From NCBI GenBank assembly GCA_964016885.1, contig OZ024743.1, forward strand, positions 75,206,001 through 75,270,000: a stretch of DNA of 64,000 nt. Reading direction: 5' to 3'. The notes below the pieces were generated by a model. That model saw only the letters and a list, made by a program, of their open reading frames with translations. It searched no databases and had not been told where the DNA came from. This DNA comes from Eledone cirrhosa (lineage: Eukaryota). The position numbers were made by a program, and so were the translations under genes. Shown here piece by piece: positions 15,001 through 30,000 of the stretch; the stretch's first letter is position 1, and each line of letters begins with the position of its first letter.

Positions 15001-18000
15001 TTAGAACATCAGATAGAATAGTTTGTGGTATTGGTAGAGTCGTTAGAACGTCAGATAGAATAGTTTGTGGTATTGGTAGAGTCGTTAGAACGTTAGATAG
15101 AATAGTTTGTGGTAATGGTAGAGTCGTTAGAACGTCAGATAAAATAGTTTGTGGTATTGGTAGAGTCGTTAGAACGTCAGATAGAATAGTTTGTGGTATT
15201 GGTAGAGTCGTAAGAACGTCAGATAGTACAGTTGTTGGTATTGGTAGAGTCGTTGGAACGTCAGATAGAATAGTTTGTGGTAATGGTAGAGTCGTTAGAA
15301 CGTCAGATAGAATAGTTTGTGGTATTCGTAGAGTCGTTAGAACGTCAGATAGAATAGTTTGTGGTATTGGTAGAGTCGTTAGAACGTCAGATAGAATACA
15401 TTGTGGTATTGGTAGAATCGTTAGAACGACAGATAGAATAGTTTGTGATATTGGTAGAGTCGTTAGAACGTCAGATAAAATACATTGTGGTATTGGTAGA
15501 GTCATTAGAACGTCTAATAGAATAGTTTGTGGTATTGGTAGAGTCCTTAGAACGTCAGATAGAATAGTTTGTGGTATTGGTAGAGTCGTTAGAACGTCAG
15601 ATAAAATAGTTTGTGGTATTGGTAGAGTCGGTAGAACGTCAGATAAAATAGTTTGTGGTATTAGTAGAGTCATTACAACGTCAGATAGAATAGTTTGTGA
15701 TATTGGTAAAGTTTTTAGAACGTCAGATAGAACAGTTTGTGGTATTGGTAGAGTCTTTAGAACGTCAGATAGAATGGTTTGTGGTAATGGTAGAGTCGTT
15801 AGAACATCAGATAGAATAGTTTGTGGTATTGGTAGAGTCGTTAGAACGTCAGATAGAATAGTTTGTGGTATTGGTAGAGTCGTTAGAACATCAGATAGAA
15901 TAGTGTGTGTTATAGGTAGAGTCGTTAGAACGTAAGATAGAATAGTTTGTGGTATTGGTAGAGTCCTTAGAACGTGAGATAAAATAGTTTGTGGTATTGG
16001 TAGAGTCGTTAGAACGTCAGATAGAATAGTTTGTGGTACTGGTAGAGTCGTTAGAACGTCAGATAGAATAGTTTGTGATATTGGTAGAGTCGTTAGAACG
16101 TCAGATAGAATAGTTTGTAGTAATGGTAGAGTCGTTAGAACGTCAGATAGAATAGTTTGTGATATTGGTAGATTCGTTAGAACGTCAGATAGAATGGTTT
16201 GTGGTATTGGTAGAGTCGTTAGAACGTCAGATAGAATAGTTTGTGGCATTGGTAGAGTCGTTAGAGTGTCAGATAGAATAGTTTGTGGTATTGGTAGAGT
16301 CGTTAGAGAGTCAGATAGAATAGCTTATGTTATTGGTAGAGTCGTTAGAACGTTAGATAAAATAGTTTGTGGTATTGGTAGAGTGTTTAGAACGTCAGAT
16401 AGAACAGTTTGTGGTAATGGTAGAGTCGTTAGAACGTCAGATAGAATAGTTTGTGGTATTCGTAGAGTCGTTAGAACGTCAGATAGAATAGTTTGTGGTA
16501 TTGGTAGAGTCGTTAGAACGTCAGATAGAATACATTGTGGTATTGGTAGAATCGTTAGAACGTCAGATAGAATAGTTTGTGATATTGGTATAGTCATTAG
16601 AACGTCTAATAGAATAGTTTGTGGTATTGGTAGAGTCCTTAGAACGTCAGATAGAATAGTTTGTGGTATTGGTAGAGTCCCTAGAACGTCAGATAAAATA
16701 GTTTGTGGTATTGGTAGAGTCGGTAGAACGTCAGATAAAATAGTTTGTGGTATTAGTAGAGTCATTACAACGTCAGATAGAATAGTTTGTGGTATTGGTA
16801 AAGTTTTTAGAACGTCAGATAGAATAGTTTGTGGTATTGGTAGAGTCTTTAGAACGTCAGATAGAGTTATTTGTGGTATTGGTAGAGTCTTTAGAACGTC
16901 GGATAGAATGGTTTGTGGTAATGGTAGAGTCGTTAGAACATCAGATAGAATTGTTTGTGGTATTGGTAGAGTCGTTAGAACGTCAGATAGAATAGTTTGT
17001 GGTATTGGTAGAGTCGTTAGAACGTCAGATAGATCAGTTTGTGGTATTGGTAGAGTCGTTAGAGAGTCAGATAGAATAGTTTGTAGTAATGGTAGAGTCT
17101 TTAGAACGTCAGATAGAATGGTTTGTGGTAATGGTAGAGTCGTTAGAACATCAGATAGAATAGTTTGTGGTATTGGTAGAGTCGTTAGAACATCAGATAG
17201 AATAGTTTGTGGTATTGGTAGAGTCGTTAGAACGTCAGATAGAATAGTTTGTGGTATTGGTAGAGTCGTTAGAACATCAGATAGAATAGTTTTTGGTATT
17301 GGTAGAGTCGTTAGAACGTCAGATAGAATAGTTTGTGGTATTGGTAGAGTCGTTAGAACGTTAGATAGAATAGTTTGTGGTAATGGTAGAGTCGTTAGAA
17401 CGTCAGATAAAATAGTTTGTGGTATTGGTAGAGTCGTTAGAACGTCAGATAGAATAGTTTGTGGTATTGGTAGAGTCGTTAGAACGTCAGATAGTACAGT
17501 TGTTGGTATTGGTAGAGTCGTTAGAACGTCAGATAGAATAGTTTGTGGTATTGGTAGAGTCGTTAGAACGTCAGATAGAATAGTTTGTGTTATTGGTAGA
17601 GTCGTTAGAACGTCAGATAGAATAGTTTGTGGTATTGGTAGAGTTGTTAGAACGTCAGATAGAATAGTTTGTGGTATTGGTAGATTCGTTAGAACGTCAG
17701 ATAGAATAGTTTGTAGTAATGGTAGAGTCGTTAGAACGTCAGATAGAATAGTTTGTGATATTGGTAGATTCGTTAGAACGTCAGATAGAATAGTTTGTAG
17801 TAATGGTAGAGTCGTTAGAACGTCAGATAGAATAGTTTGTGATATTGGTAGATTCGTTAGAACGTCAGATAGAATGGTTTGTGGTAATGGTAGAGTCGTT
17901 AGAACGTCAGATAGAATAGTTTGTGGTATTGGTAGAGTCGTTAGAACGTCAGATAGAATAGTTTGTGGTATTGGTAGAGTCGTTAGAACGTCAGATAGAA

Positions 18001-21000
18001 TAGTTTGTGGCATTGGTAGAGTCGTTAGAACGTCAGATAGAATAGTTTGTGGCATTGGTAGAGTCGTTAGAACGTCAGATAGAATGGTTTGTGGTAATGG
18101 TAGAGTCGTTAGAACGTCAGATAGAATAGTTTGTGGCATTGGTAGAGTCGTTAGAGTGTCAGATAGAATAGTTTGTGGTATTGGTAGAGTCGTTAGAGAG
18201 TCAGATAGAATAGTTTATGTTATTGGTAGAGTCGTTAGAACGTTAGATAAAATAGTTTGTGGTATTGGTAGAGTGATTAGAACGTCAGATAGAACAGTTT
18301 GTGGTAATGGTAGAGTCGTTAGAACGTCAGATAGATCAGTTTGTGGTATTGGTAGAGTCGTTAGAGAGTCAGATAGAATAGTTTGTAGTAATGGTAGAGT
18401 CTTTAGAACGTCAGATAGAATGGTTTGTGGTAATGGTAGAGTCGTTAGAACATCAGATAGAATAGGTTGTGGTATTGGTAGTGTCGTTAGAACGTCAGAT
18501 AGAATAGTTTGTGGTATTCGTAGAGTCGTTAGAACGTCAGATAGAATAGTTTGTGGTATTGGTAGAGTCGTTAGAACGTCAGATAGAATACATTGTGGTA
18601 TTGGTAGAATCGTTAGAACGTCAGATAGAATAGTGTGTGATATTGGTAGAGTCGTTAGAACGTCAGATAAAATACATTGTGGTATTGGAAGAATCATTAG
18701 AACGTCTAATAGAATAGTTTGTGGTTTTGGTAGAGTCCTTAGAACGTCAGATAGAATAGTTTGTGGTATTGGTAGAGTCGTTAGAGTGTCAGTTAGAACA
18801 GTTTGTGGTATTGGTAGAGTCGTTAGAACGTCAGATAGAATAGTTTGTGTTATTGGTAGAGTCGTTAGAACGTCAGATAGAATAGTTTGTAGTAATGGTA
18901 GAGTCGCTAGAACGTCAGATAAAATAGTTTGTGGTATTGGTAGAGTCGTTAGAACGTCAGATAGAATAGTTTCTGGTATTGGTAGAGTCGTTAGAACGTC
19001 AGTTAGTACAGTTGTTGGTAATGGTAGAGTCGTTAGAACGTCAGATAGAATAGTTTGTGGTATTGGTAGAGTCGTTAGAACGTCAGATAGAATAGTTTGT
19101 GGTATTGGTAGAGTCGTTAGAACGTCAGTTAGAACAGTTTGTGGTATTGGTAGAGTCGTTAGAACGTCAGTTAGAACAGTTTGTGGTATTGGTAGAGTCG
19201 TTAGAACGTCAGATAGAATAGTTTGTGTTATTGGTAGAGTCGTTAGAACGTCAGATAGAATAGTTTGTGATATTGGTATATTCGTTAGAACGTCAGATAG
19301 AATGGTTTGTGGTTTTTGGTAGAGTCGTTAGAACGTCAGATAGAATAGTTTGTGATAATGGTAGATTCGTTAGAACGTCAGATAGAATAGTTTGTAGTAA
19401 TGGTAGAGTCGTTAGAACGTCAGATAGAATAGTTTGTGATATTGGTAGATTCGTTAGAACGTCAGATAGAATGGTTTGTGGTAATGGTAGAGTCGTTAGA
19501 ACATCAGATAGAATAGTTTGTGGTATTGGTAGAGTCGTTAGAACGTCAGATAGAATAGTTTGTGGTATTGGTAGAGTCGTTAGAACGTCAGATAGAATAC
19601 ATTGTGGTATTGGTAGAGTCGTTAGAACGTCAGATAGAATAGTTTGTGGCATTGGTAGAGTCGTTAGAGTGTCAGATAGAATAGTTTGTGGTATTGGTAG
19701 AGTCGTTAGAGTGTCAGATAGAATAGTTTGTGGTATTGGTAGAGTCGTTAGAGAGTCAGATAGAATAGTTTATGTTATTGGTAGAGTCGTTAGAACGTTA
19801 GATAAAATAGTTTGTGGTATTCGTAGAGTCGTTAGAACGTCAGATAGAATACATTGTGGTATTGGTAGAATCGTTAGAACGTCAGATAGAATAGTTTGTG
19901 ATATTGGTAGAGTCGTTAGAACGTCAGATAAAATACATTGTGGTATTGGTAGAGTCATTAGAACGTCTAATAGAATAGTTTGTGGTATTGGTAGAGTCCT
20001 TAGAACGTCAGATAGAATAGTTTGTGGTATTGGTAGAGTCCCTAGAACGTCAGATAAAATAGTTTGTGGTATTGGTAGAGTCGGTAGAACGTCAGATAAA
20101 ATAGTTTGTGGTATTAGTAGAGTCATTACAACGTCAGATAGAATAGTTTGTGGTATTGGTAAAGTTTTTAGAACGTCAGATAGAGTTATTTGCGGTATTG
20201 GTAGAGTCTTTAGAACGTCAGATAGAATGGTTTGTGGTATTGGTAGAGTCTTTAGAACGTCAGATAGAGTTATTTGCGGTATTGGTAGAGTCTTTAGAAC
20301 GTCAGATAGAATGGTTTGTGGTAATGGTAGAGTCGTTAGAACATCAGATAGAATAGTTTGTGGTATTGGTAGAGTCGTTAGAACGTCAGATAGATCAGTT
20401 TGTGGTATTGGTAGAGTCGTTAGAGAGTCAGATAGAATAGTTTGCAGTAATGGTAGAGTCTTTAGAACGTCAGATAGAATGGTTTGTGGTAATGGTAGAG
20501 TCGTTAGAACATCAGATAGAATAGTTTGTGGTATTGGTAGAGTCGTTAGAACGTCAGATAGAATAGTTTGTGGTATTGGTAGAGTCGTTAGAACATCAGA
20601 TAGAATAGTTTGTGGTATTGGTAGAGTCGTTAGAACGTCAGATAGAATAGTTTGTGGTATTGGTAGAGTCGTTAGAACGTTAGATAGAATAGTTTGTGGT
20701 AATGGTAGAGTCGTTAGAACGTCAGATAAAATAGTTTGTGGTATTGGTAGAGTCGTTAGAACGTCAGATAGAATAGTTTGTGGTATTGGTAGAGTCGTAA
20801 GAACGTCAGATAGTACAGTTGTTGGTATTGGTAGAGTCGTTGGAACGTCAGATAGAATAGTTTGTGGTAATGGTAGAGTCGTTAGAACGTCAGATAGAAT
20901 AGTTTGTGGTATTCGTAGAGTCGTTAGAACGTCAGATAGAATAGTTTGTGGTATTGGTAGAGTCGTTAGAACGTCAGATAGAATACATTGTGGTATTGGT

Positions 21001-24000
21001 AGAATCGTTAGAACGTCAGATAGAATAGTTTGTGATATTGGTAGAGTCGTTAGAACGTCAGATAAAATACATTGTGGTATTGGTAGAGTCATTAGAACGT
21101 CTAATAGAATAGTTTGTGGTATTGGTAGAGTCCTTAGAACGTCAGATAAAATAGTTTGTGATATTGGTAAAGTTTTTAGAACGTCAGATAGAACAGTTTG
21201 TGGTATTGGTAGAGTCTTTAGAACGTCAGATAGAATGGTTTGTGGTAATGGTAGAGTCGTTAGAACATCAGATAGAATAGTTTGTGGTATTGGTAGAGTC
21301 GTTAGAACGTCAGATAGAATAGTTTGTGGTATTGGTAGAGTCGTTAGAACGTCAGATAGAATAGTGTGTGGTAGTGGTAGAGTCGTTAGAGAGACAGATA
21401 GAATAGTTTGTAGTAATGGTAGAGTCGTTAGAACGTCAGATAGAATAGTTTGTGGTATTGGTAGCGTCGTTAGAGAGTCAGATAGAATAGTTTGTAGTAA
21501 TGGTAGAGTCTTTAGAACGTCAGATAGAATAGTTTGTGGTATTGGTAGAGTCGTTAGAACGTCAGATAGAATAGTTTGTGGTATTGGTAGAGTCGTTAGA
21601 ACGTCAGATAGAATAGTTTGTGGTATTGGTAGAGTCGTTAGAACATCAGATAGAATAGTGTGTGTTATAGGTAGAGTCGTTAGAACGTCAGATAGAATAG
21701 TTTGTGGTATTGGTAGTGTCGTTAGAACGTGAGATAGAACAGTTTGTGGTATTCGTAGAGTCGTTAGAACGTCAGATAGAATAGTTTGTGGTATTGGTAG
21801 AGTCGTTAGAACGTCAGATAGAATACATTGTGGTATTGGTAGAGTCATTAGAACCTCTAATAGAATAGTTTGTGGTATTGGTAGAGTCCTTAGAACGTGA
21901 GATAAAATAGTTTGTGGTATTGGTAGAGTCGTTAGAACGTCAGATAGAATAGTTTGTGGTACTGGTAGAGTCGTTAGAACGTCAGATAGAATAGTTTGTG
22001 ATATTGGTAGAGTCGTTAGAACGTCAGATAGAATAGTTTGTAGTAATGGTAGAGTCGTTAGAACGTCAGATAGAATAGTTTGTGATATTGGTAGATTCGT
22101 TAGAACGTCAGATAGAATGGTTTGTGGTAATGGTAGAGTCGTTAGAACATCAGATAGAATAGTTTGTGGTATTGGTAGAGTCGTTAGAACGTCAGATAGA
22201 ATAGTTTGTGGCATTGGTAGAGTCGTTAGAGTGTCAGATAGAATAGTTTGTGGTATTGGTAGAGTCGTTAGAGAGTCAGATAGAATAGTTTATGTTATTG
22301 GTAGAGTCGTTAGAACGTTAGATAAAATAGTTTGTGGTATTGGTAGAGTGTTTAGAACGTCAGATAGAACAGTTTGTGGTAATGGTAGAATCGTTAGAAC
22401 GTCAGATAGAATAGTTTGTGGTATTCGTAGAGTCGTTAGAACGTCAGATAGAATAGTTTGTGGTATTGGTAGAGTCGTTAGAACGTCAGATAGAATACAT
22501 TGTGGTATTGGTAGAATCGTTAGAACGTCAGATAGAATAGTTTGTGATATTGGTATAGTCATTAGAACGTCTAATAGAATAGTTTGTGGTATTGGTAGAG
22601 TCCTTAGAACGTCAGATAGAATAGTTTGTGGTATTGGTAGAGTCGGTAGAACGTCAGATAAAATAGTTTGTGGTATTAGTAGAGTCATTACAACGTCAGA
22701 TAGAATAGTTTGTGGTATTGGTAAAGTTTTTAGAACGTCAGATAGAATAGTTTGTGGTATTGGTAGAGTCTTTAGAACGTCAGATAGAGTTATTTGTGGT
22801 ATTGGTAGAGTCTTTAGAACGTCGGATAGAATGGTTTGTGGTAATGGTAGAGTCGTTAGAACATCAGATAGAATTGTTTGTGGTATTGGTAGAGTCGTTA
22901 GAACGTCAGATAGAATAGTTTGTGGTATTGGTAGAGTCGTTAGAACGTCAGATAGATCAGTTTGTGGTATTGGTAGAGTCGTTAGAGAGTCAGATAGAAT
23001 AGTTTGTAGTAATGGTAGAGTCTTTAGAACGTCAGATAGAATGGTTTGTGGTAATGGTAGAGTCGTTAGAACATCAGATAGAATAGTTTGTGGTATTGGT
23101 AGAGTCGTTAGAACATCAGATAGAATAGTTTTTGGTATTGGTAGAGTCGTTAGAACGTCAGATAGAATAGTTTGTGGTATTGGTAGAGTCGTTAGAACGT
23201 CAGATAGAATAGTTTGTGGTATTGGTAGAGTCGTTAGAACGTCAGATAGAATAGTTTGTAGTAATGGTAGAGTCGTTAGAACGTTAGATAGAATAGTTTG
23301 TGGTAATGGTAGAGTCGTTAGAACGTCAGATAGAATAGTTTGTGGTATTGGTAGAGTCGTTAGAACGTCAGATAAAATAGTTTGTGGTATTGGTAGAGTC
23401 GTTAGAACGTCAGATAGAATAGTTTGTGGTATTGGTAGAGTCGTTAGAACGTCAGATAGAATAGTTTGTGGTATTGGTAGAGTCGTTAGAACGTCAGATA
23501 GAATAGTTTGTAGTAATGGTAGAGTCGTTAGAACGTTAGATAGAATAGTTTGTGGTAATGGTAGAGTCGTTAGAACGTCAGATAGAATAGTTTGTGGTAT
23601 TGGTAGAGTCGTTAGAACGTCAGATAAAATAGTTTGTGGTATTGGTAGAGTCGTTAGAACGTCAGATAGAATAGTTTGTGGTATTGGTAGAGTCGTTAGA
23701 ACGTCAGATAGAATAGTTTGTGGTATTGGTAGAGTCGTTAGAACGTCAGATAGAATAGTTTGTGGTATTGGTAGAGTCGTTAGAACGTCAGATAGAATAG
23801 TTTGTAGTAATGGTAGAGTCGTTAGAACGTTAGATAGAATAGTTTGTGGTAATGGTAGAGTCGTTAGAACGTCAGATAGAATAGTTTGTGGTATTGGTAG
23901 AGTCGTTAGAACGTCAGATAAAATAGTTTGTGGTATTGGTAGAGTCGTTAGAACGTCAGATAGAATAGTTTGTGGTATTGGTAGAGTCGTTAGAACGTCA

Positions 24001-27000
24001 GATAGAATAGTTTGTGGTATTGGTAGAGTCGTTAGAACGTCAGATAGAATAGTTTGTGGTATTGGTAGAGTCGTTAGAACGTCAGATAGAATAGTTTGTG
24101 GTATTGGTAGAGTCGTTAGAACGTCAGATAGTACAGTTGTTGGTATTGGTAGAGTCGTTAGAACGTCAGATAGAATAGTTTGTGGTACTGGTAGAGTCGT
24201 TAGAACGTCAGATAGAATAGTTTGTGTTATTGGTAGATTCGTTAGAACGTCAGATAGAATAGTTTGTAGTAATGGTAGAGTCGTTAGAACGTCAGATAGA
24301 ATAGTTTGTAGTAATGGTAGAGTCGTTAGAACGTCAGATAGAATAGTTTGTAGTAGTGGTAGAGTCGTTAGAACGTCAGATAGAATAGTTTGTGATATTG
24401 GTAGATTCGTTAGAACGTCAGATAGAATAGTTTGTAGTAATGGTAGAGTCGTTAGAACGTCAGATAGAATAGTTTGTGATATTGGTAGATTCGTTAGAAC
24501 GTCAGATAGAATGGTTTGTGGTAATGGTAGAGTCGTTAGAACGTCAGATAGAATAGTTTGTGGTATTGGTAGAGTCGTTAGAACGTCAGATAGAATAGTT
24601 TGTGGTATTGGTAGAGTCGTTAGAACGTCAGATAGAATAGTTTGTGGCATTGGTAGAGTCGTTAGAACGTCAGATAGAATAGTTTGTGGCATTGGTAGAG
24701 TCGTTAGAACGTCAGATAGAATGGTTTGTGGTAATGGTAGAGTCGTTAGAACGTCAGATAGAATAGTTTGTGGCATTGGTAGAGTCGTTAGAGTGTCAGA
24801 TAGAATAGTTTGTGGTATTGGTAGAGTGATTAGAACGTCAGATAGAACAGTTTGTGGTAATGGTAGAGTCGTTAGAACGTCAGATAGATCAGTTTGTGGT
24901 ATTGGTAGAGTCGTTAGAGAGTCAGATAGAATAGTTTGTAGTAATGGTAGAGTCTTTAGAACGTCAGATAGAATGGTTTGTGGTAATGGTAGAGTCGTTA
25001 GAACATCAGATAGAATAGGTTGTGGTATTGGTAGTGTCGTTAGAACGTCAGATAGAATAGTTTGTGGTATTCGTAGAGTCGTTAGAACGTCAGATAGAAT
25101 AGTTTGTGGTATTGGTAGAGTCGTTAGAACGTCAGAGAGAATACATTGTGGTATTGGTAGAATCGTTAGAACGTCAGATAGAATAGTGTGTGATATTGGT
25201 AGAGTCGTTAGAACGTCAGATAGAATAGTTTGTAGTAATGGTAGAGTCGTTAGAACGTCAGATAAAATACATTGTGGTATTGGAAGAATCATTAGAACGT
25301 CTAATAGAATAGTTTGTGGTTTTGGTAGAGTCCTTAGAACGTCAGATAGAATAGTTTGTGGTATTGGTAGAGTCGTTAGAGTGTCAGTTAGAACAGTTTG
25401 TGGTATTGGTAGAGTCGTTAGAACGTCAGATAGAATAGTTTGTGTTATTGGTAGAGTCGTTAGAACGTCAGATAGAATAGTTTGTAGTAATGGTAGAGTC
25501 GTTAGAACGTCAGATAAAATAGTTTGTGGTATTGGTAGAGTCGTTAGAACGTCAGATAGAATAGTTTCTGGTATTGGTAGAGTCGTTAGAACGTCAGTTA
25601 GTACAGTTGTTGGTAATGGTAGAGTCGTTAGAACGTCAGATAGAATAGTTTGTGGTATTGGTAGAGTCGTTAGAACGTCAGATAGAATAGTTTGTGGTAT
25701 TGGTAGAGTCGTTAGAACGTCAGTTAGAACAGTTTGTGGTATTGGTAGAGTCGTTAGAACGTCAGTTAGAACAGTTTGTGGTATTGGTAGAGTCGTTAGA
25801 ACGTCAGATAGAATAGTTTGTGTTATTGGTAGAGTCGTTAGAACGTCAGATAGAATAGTTTGTAGTAATGGTAGAGTCGTTAGAACGTCAGATAGAATAG
25901 TTTGTGATATTGGTATATTCGTTAGAACGTCAGATAGAATGGTTTGTGGTTTTTGGTAGAGTCGTTAGAACGTCAGATAGAATAGTTTGTGATAATGGTA
26001 GATTCGTTAGAACGTCAGATAGAATAGTTTGTAGTAATGGTAGAGTCGTTAGAACGTCAGATAGAATAGTTTGTGATATTGGTAGATTCGTTAGAACGTC
26101 AGATAGAATGGTTTGTGGTAATGGTAGAGTCGTTAGAACATCAGATAGAATAGTTTGTGGTATTGGTAGAGTCGTTAGAACGTCAGATAGAATAGTTTGT
26201 GGTATTGGTAGAGTCGTTAGAACGTCAGATAGAATACATTGTGGTATTGGTAGAGTCGTTAGAACGTCAGATATAATACATTGTGGTATTGGTTAAATCG
26301 TTAGAACGTCAGATATAATAGTTTGTGTTATTGGTAGAGTCGTTAGAACGTCAGATAAAATACATTGTGGTATTGGAAGAGTCATTAGAACGTCTAATAG
26401 AATAGTTTGTGGTATTGGTAGAGTCCTTAGAACGTCAGATAGAATAGTTTGTGGTATTGGTAGAGTCCTTAGAACGTCAGATAGAATAGTTTGTGGTATT
26501 GGTAGAGTCGTTAGAACGTCAGATAGAATAGTTTGTGGTATTGGTAGAGTCGTTAGAACGTTAGATAGAATAGTTTGTGGTATTGGTAGAGTCGTTAGAA
26601 CGTCAGATAAAATACATTGTGGTATTGGAAGAGTCATTAGAACGTCTAATAGAATAGTTTGTGGTATTGGTAGAGTCGTTAGAACGTCAGTTAGAACAGT
26701 TTGTGGTATTGGTAGAGTCGTTAGAGTGTCAGTTAGAACAGTTTGTGGTATTGGTAGAGTCGTTAGAACGTTAGATAGAATAGTTTGTGGTAATGGTAGA
26801 GTCGTTAGAACGTCAGATAAAATAGTTTGTGGTATTGGTAGAGTCGTTAGAACGTCAGTTAGAACAGTTTGTGGTATTGGTAGAGTCGTTAGAACGTTAG
26901 ATAGAATAGTTTGTGGTATTGGTAGAGTCGTTAGAACGTCAGATAGAATAGTTTGTGGTATTGGTAGAGTCGTTAGAACGTCAGATAGAATAGTTTGTGG

Positions 27001-30000
27001 TATTGGTAGAGTCGTTAGAACGTCAGTTAGAACAGTTTGTGGTATTGGTAGAGTCGTTAGAACGTCGGTTAGAACAGTTTGTGGTATTGGTAGAGTCGTT
27101 AGAACGTTAGATAGAATAGTTTGTGGTAATGGTAGAGTCGTTAGAACGTCAGATAAAATAGTTTGTGGTATTGGTAGAGTCGTTAGAACGTCAGTTAGAA
27201 CAGTTTGTGGTATTGGTAGAGTCGTTAGAACGTTAGATAGAATAGTTTGTGGTAATGGTAGAGTCGTTAGAACGTCAGATAGAATAGTTTGTGGTATTGG
27301 TAGAGTCGTTAGAACGTCAGATAGAATAGTTTGTGGTATTGGTAGAGTCGTTAGAACGTCAGTTAGAACAGTTTGTGGTATTGGTAGAGTCGTTAGAACG
27401 TCGGTTAGAACAGTTTGTGGTATTGGTAGAGTCGTTAGAACGTCAGTTAGAACAGTTTGTGGTATTGGTAGAGTCGTTAGAACGTCAGATAGAATAGTTT
27501 GTGTTATTGGTAGAGTCGTTAGAACGTCAGATAGAATAGTTTGTGATATTGGTATATTCGTTAGAACGTCAGATAGAATGGTTTGTGGTAATGGTAGAGT
27601 CGTTAGAACATCAGATAGAATAGTTTGTGGTATTGGTAGAGTCGTTAGAACGTCAGATAGAATAGTTTGTGGTATTGGTAGAGTCGTTAGAACGTCAGAT
27701 AGAATAGTTTGTGATATTGGTAGATTCGTTAGAACGTCAGATAGAATAGTTTGTAGTATTAGTAGAGTCGTTAGAACGTCAGATAGAATAGTTTGTGATA
27801 TTGGTAGATTCGTTAGAACGTCAGATTGAATAGTTTGTAGTAATGGTAGAGTCGTTAGAACGTCAGATAGAATAGTTTGTGGTATTGGTAGAGTCGTTAG
27901 AACGTCAGATAGAATAGTTTGTGGTATTGGTAGAGTCGTTAGAACGTCAGATAGAATACATTGTGGTATTGGTAGAGTCGTTAGAACGTCAGATAGAATA
28001 GTTTGTGATATTGGTAGATTCGTTAGAACGTCAGATAGAATGGTTTGTGGTAATGGTAGAGTCGTTAGAACATCAGATAGAATAGTTTGTGGTATTGGTA
28101 GAGTCGTTAGAACGTCAGATAGAATAGTTTGTGGCATTGGTAGAGTCGTTAGAGTGTCAGATAGAATAGTTTGTGGTATTGGTAGAGTCGTTAGAGAGTC
28201 AGATAGAATAGTTTATGTTATTGGTAGAGTTGTTAGAACGTTAGATAAAATAGTTTGTGGTATTGGTAGAGTGTTTAGAACGTCAGATAGAACAGTTTGT
28301 GGTATTGGTAGAGTCGTTAGAACGTCAGATAGAATAGTTTGTGGTATTCGTAGAGTCGTTAGAACGTCAGATAGAATAGTTTGTGATATTGGTAGATTCG
28401 TTAGAACGTCAGATTGAATAGTTTGTAGTAATGGTAGAGTCGTTAGAACGTCAGATAGAATAGTTTGTGATATTGGTAGATTCGTTAGAACGTCAGATAG
28501 AATGGTTTGTGGTAATGGTAGAGTCGTTAGAACATCAGATAGAATAGTTTGTGGTATTGGTAGAGTCGTTAGAACGTCAGATAGAATAGTTTGTGATATT
28601 GGTAGATTCGTTAGAACGTCAGATTGAATAGTTTGTAGTAATGGTAGAGTCGTTAGAACGTCAGATAGAATAGTTTGTGATATTGGTAGATTCGTTAGAA
28701 CGTCAGATAGAATGGTTTGTGGTATTGGTAGAGTGTTTAGAACGTCAGATAGAACAGTTTGTGGTAATGGTAGAGTCGTTAGAACGTCAGATAGAATAGT
28801 TTGTGGTATTCGTAGAGTCGTTAGAACGTCAGATAGAATAGATTGTGGTATTGGTAGAGTCGTTAGAACGTCAGATAGAATACATTGTGGTATTGGTAGA
28901 ATCGTTAGAACGTCAGATAGAATAGTTTGTGGTATTGGTAGAGTCGTTAGAACGTCAGATAGAATACATTGTGGTATTGGTAGAATCGTTAAAACGTCAG
29001 ATAGAATAGTTTGTGGTATTGGTAGAGTCGTTAGAACGTCAGATAGAATAGTTTGTGGTATTGGTAGAGTCATTAGAACGTCTAATAGAATAGTTTGTGG
29101 TATTGGTAGAGTCCTTAGAACGTCAGATAGAATAGTTTGTGGTATTGGTAGAGTCCTTAGAACGTCAGATAAAATAGTTTGTGGTATTGGTAGAGTCGGT
29201 AGAACGTCAGATAAAATAGTTTGTGGTATTAGTAGAGTCATTACAACGTCAGATAGAATAGTTTGTGGTATTGGTAGAGTCTTTAGAACGTCAGATAGAG
29301 TTATTTGTGGTATTGGTAGAGTCATTAGAACGTCAGATAGAATGGTTTGTGGTAATGGTAGAGTCGTTAGAACATCAGATAGAATAGTTTGTGGTATTGG
29401 TAGAGTCGTTAGAACGTCAGATAGAATAGTTTGTGGTATTGGTAGATTCGTTAGAACGTCAGATAGATCAGTTTGTGGTATTGGTAGAGTCGTTAGAGAG
29501 TCAGATAGAATAGTTTGTAGTAATGGTAGAGTCTTTAGAACGTCAGATAGAATGGTTTGTGGTAATGGTAGAGTCGTTAGAACATCAGATAGAATAGTTT
29601 GTGGTATTGGTAGAGTCGTTAGAACGTCAGATAGAATAGTTTGTGGTATTGGTAGCGTCGTTAGAACGTCAGATAGAATAGTTTGTGGTATTGGTGGAGT
29701 CGTTAGAACATCAGATAGAATAGTTTGTGTTATAGGTAGAGTCGTTAGAACGTCAGCTAGAATAGTTTGTGGTATTGGTAGTGTCGTTAGAACGTGAGAT
29801 AGAACAGTTTGTGGTATTCGTAGAGTCGTTAGAACCTCAGATAGAATAGTTTGTGGTATTGGTAGAATCGTTAGAACGTTAGATAGAATAGTTTGTGGTA
29901 ATGGTAGAGTCGTTAGAACGTCAGATAAAATAGTTTGTGGTATTGGTAGAGTCGTTAGAACGTCAGATAGAATAGTTTGTGGTATTGGTAGAGTCGTTAG

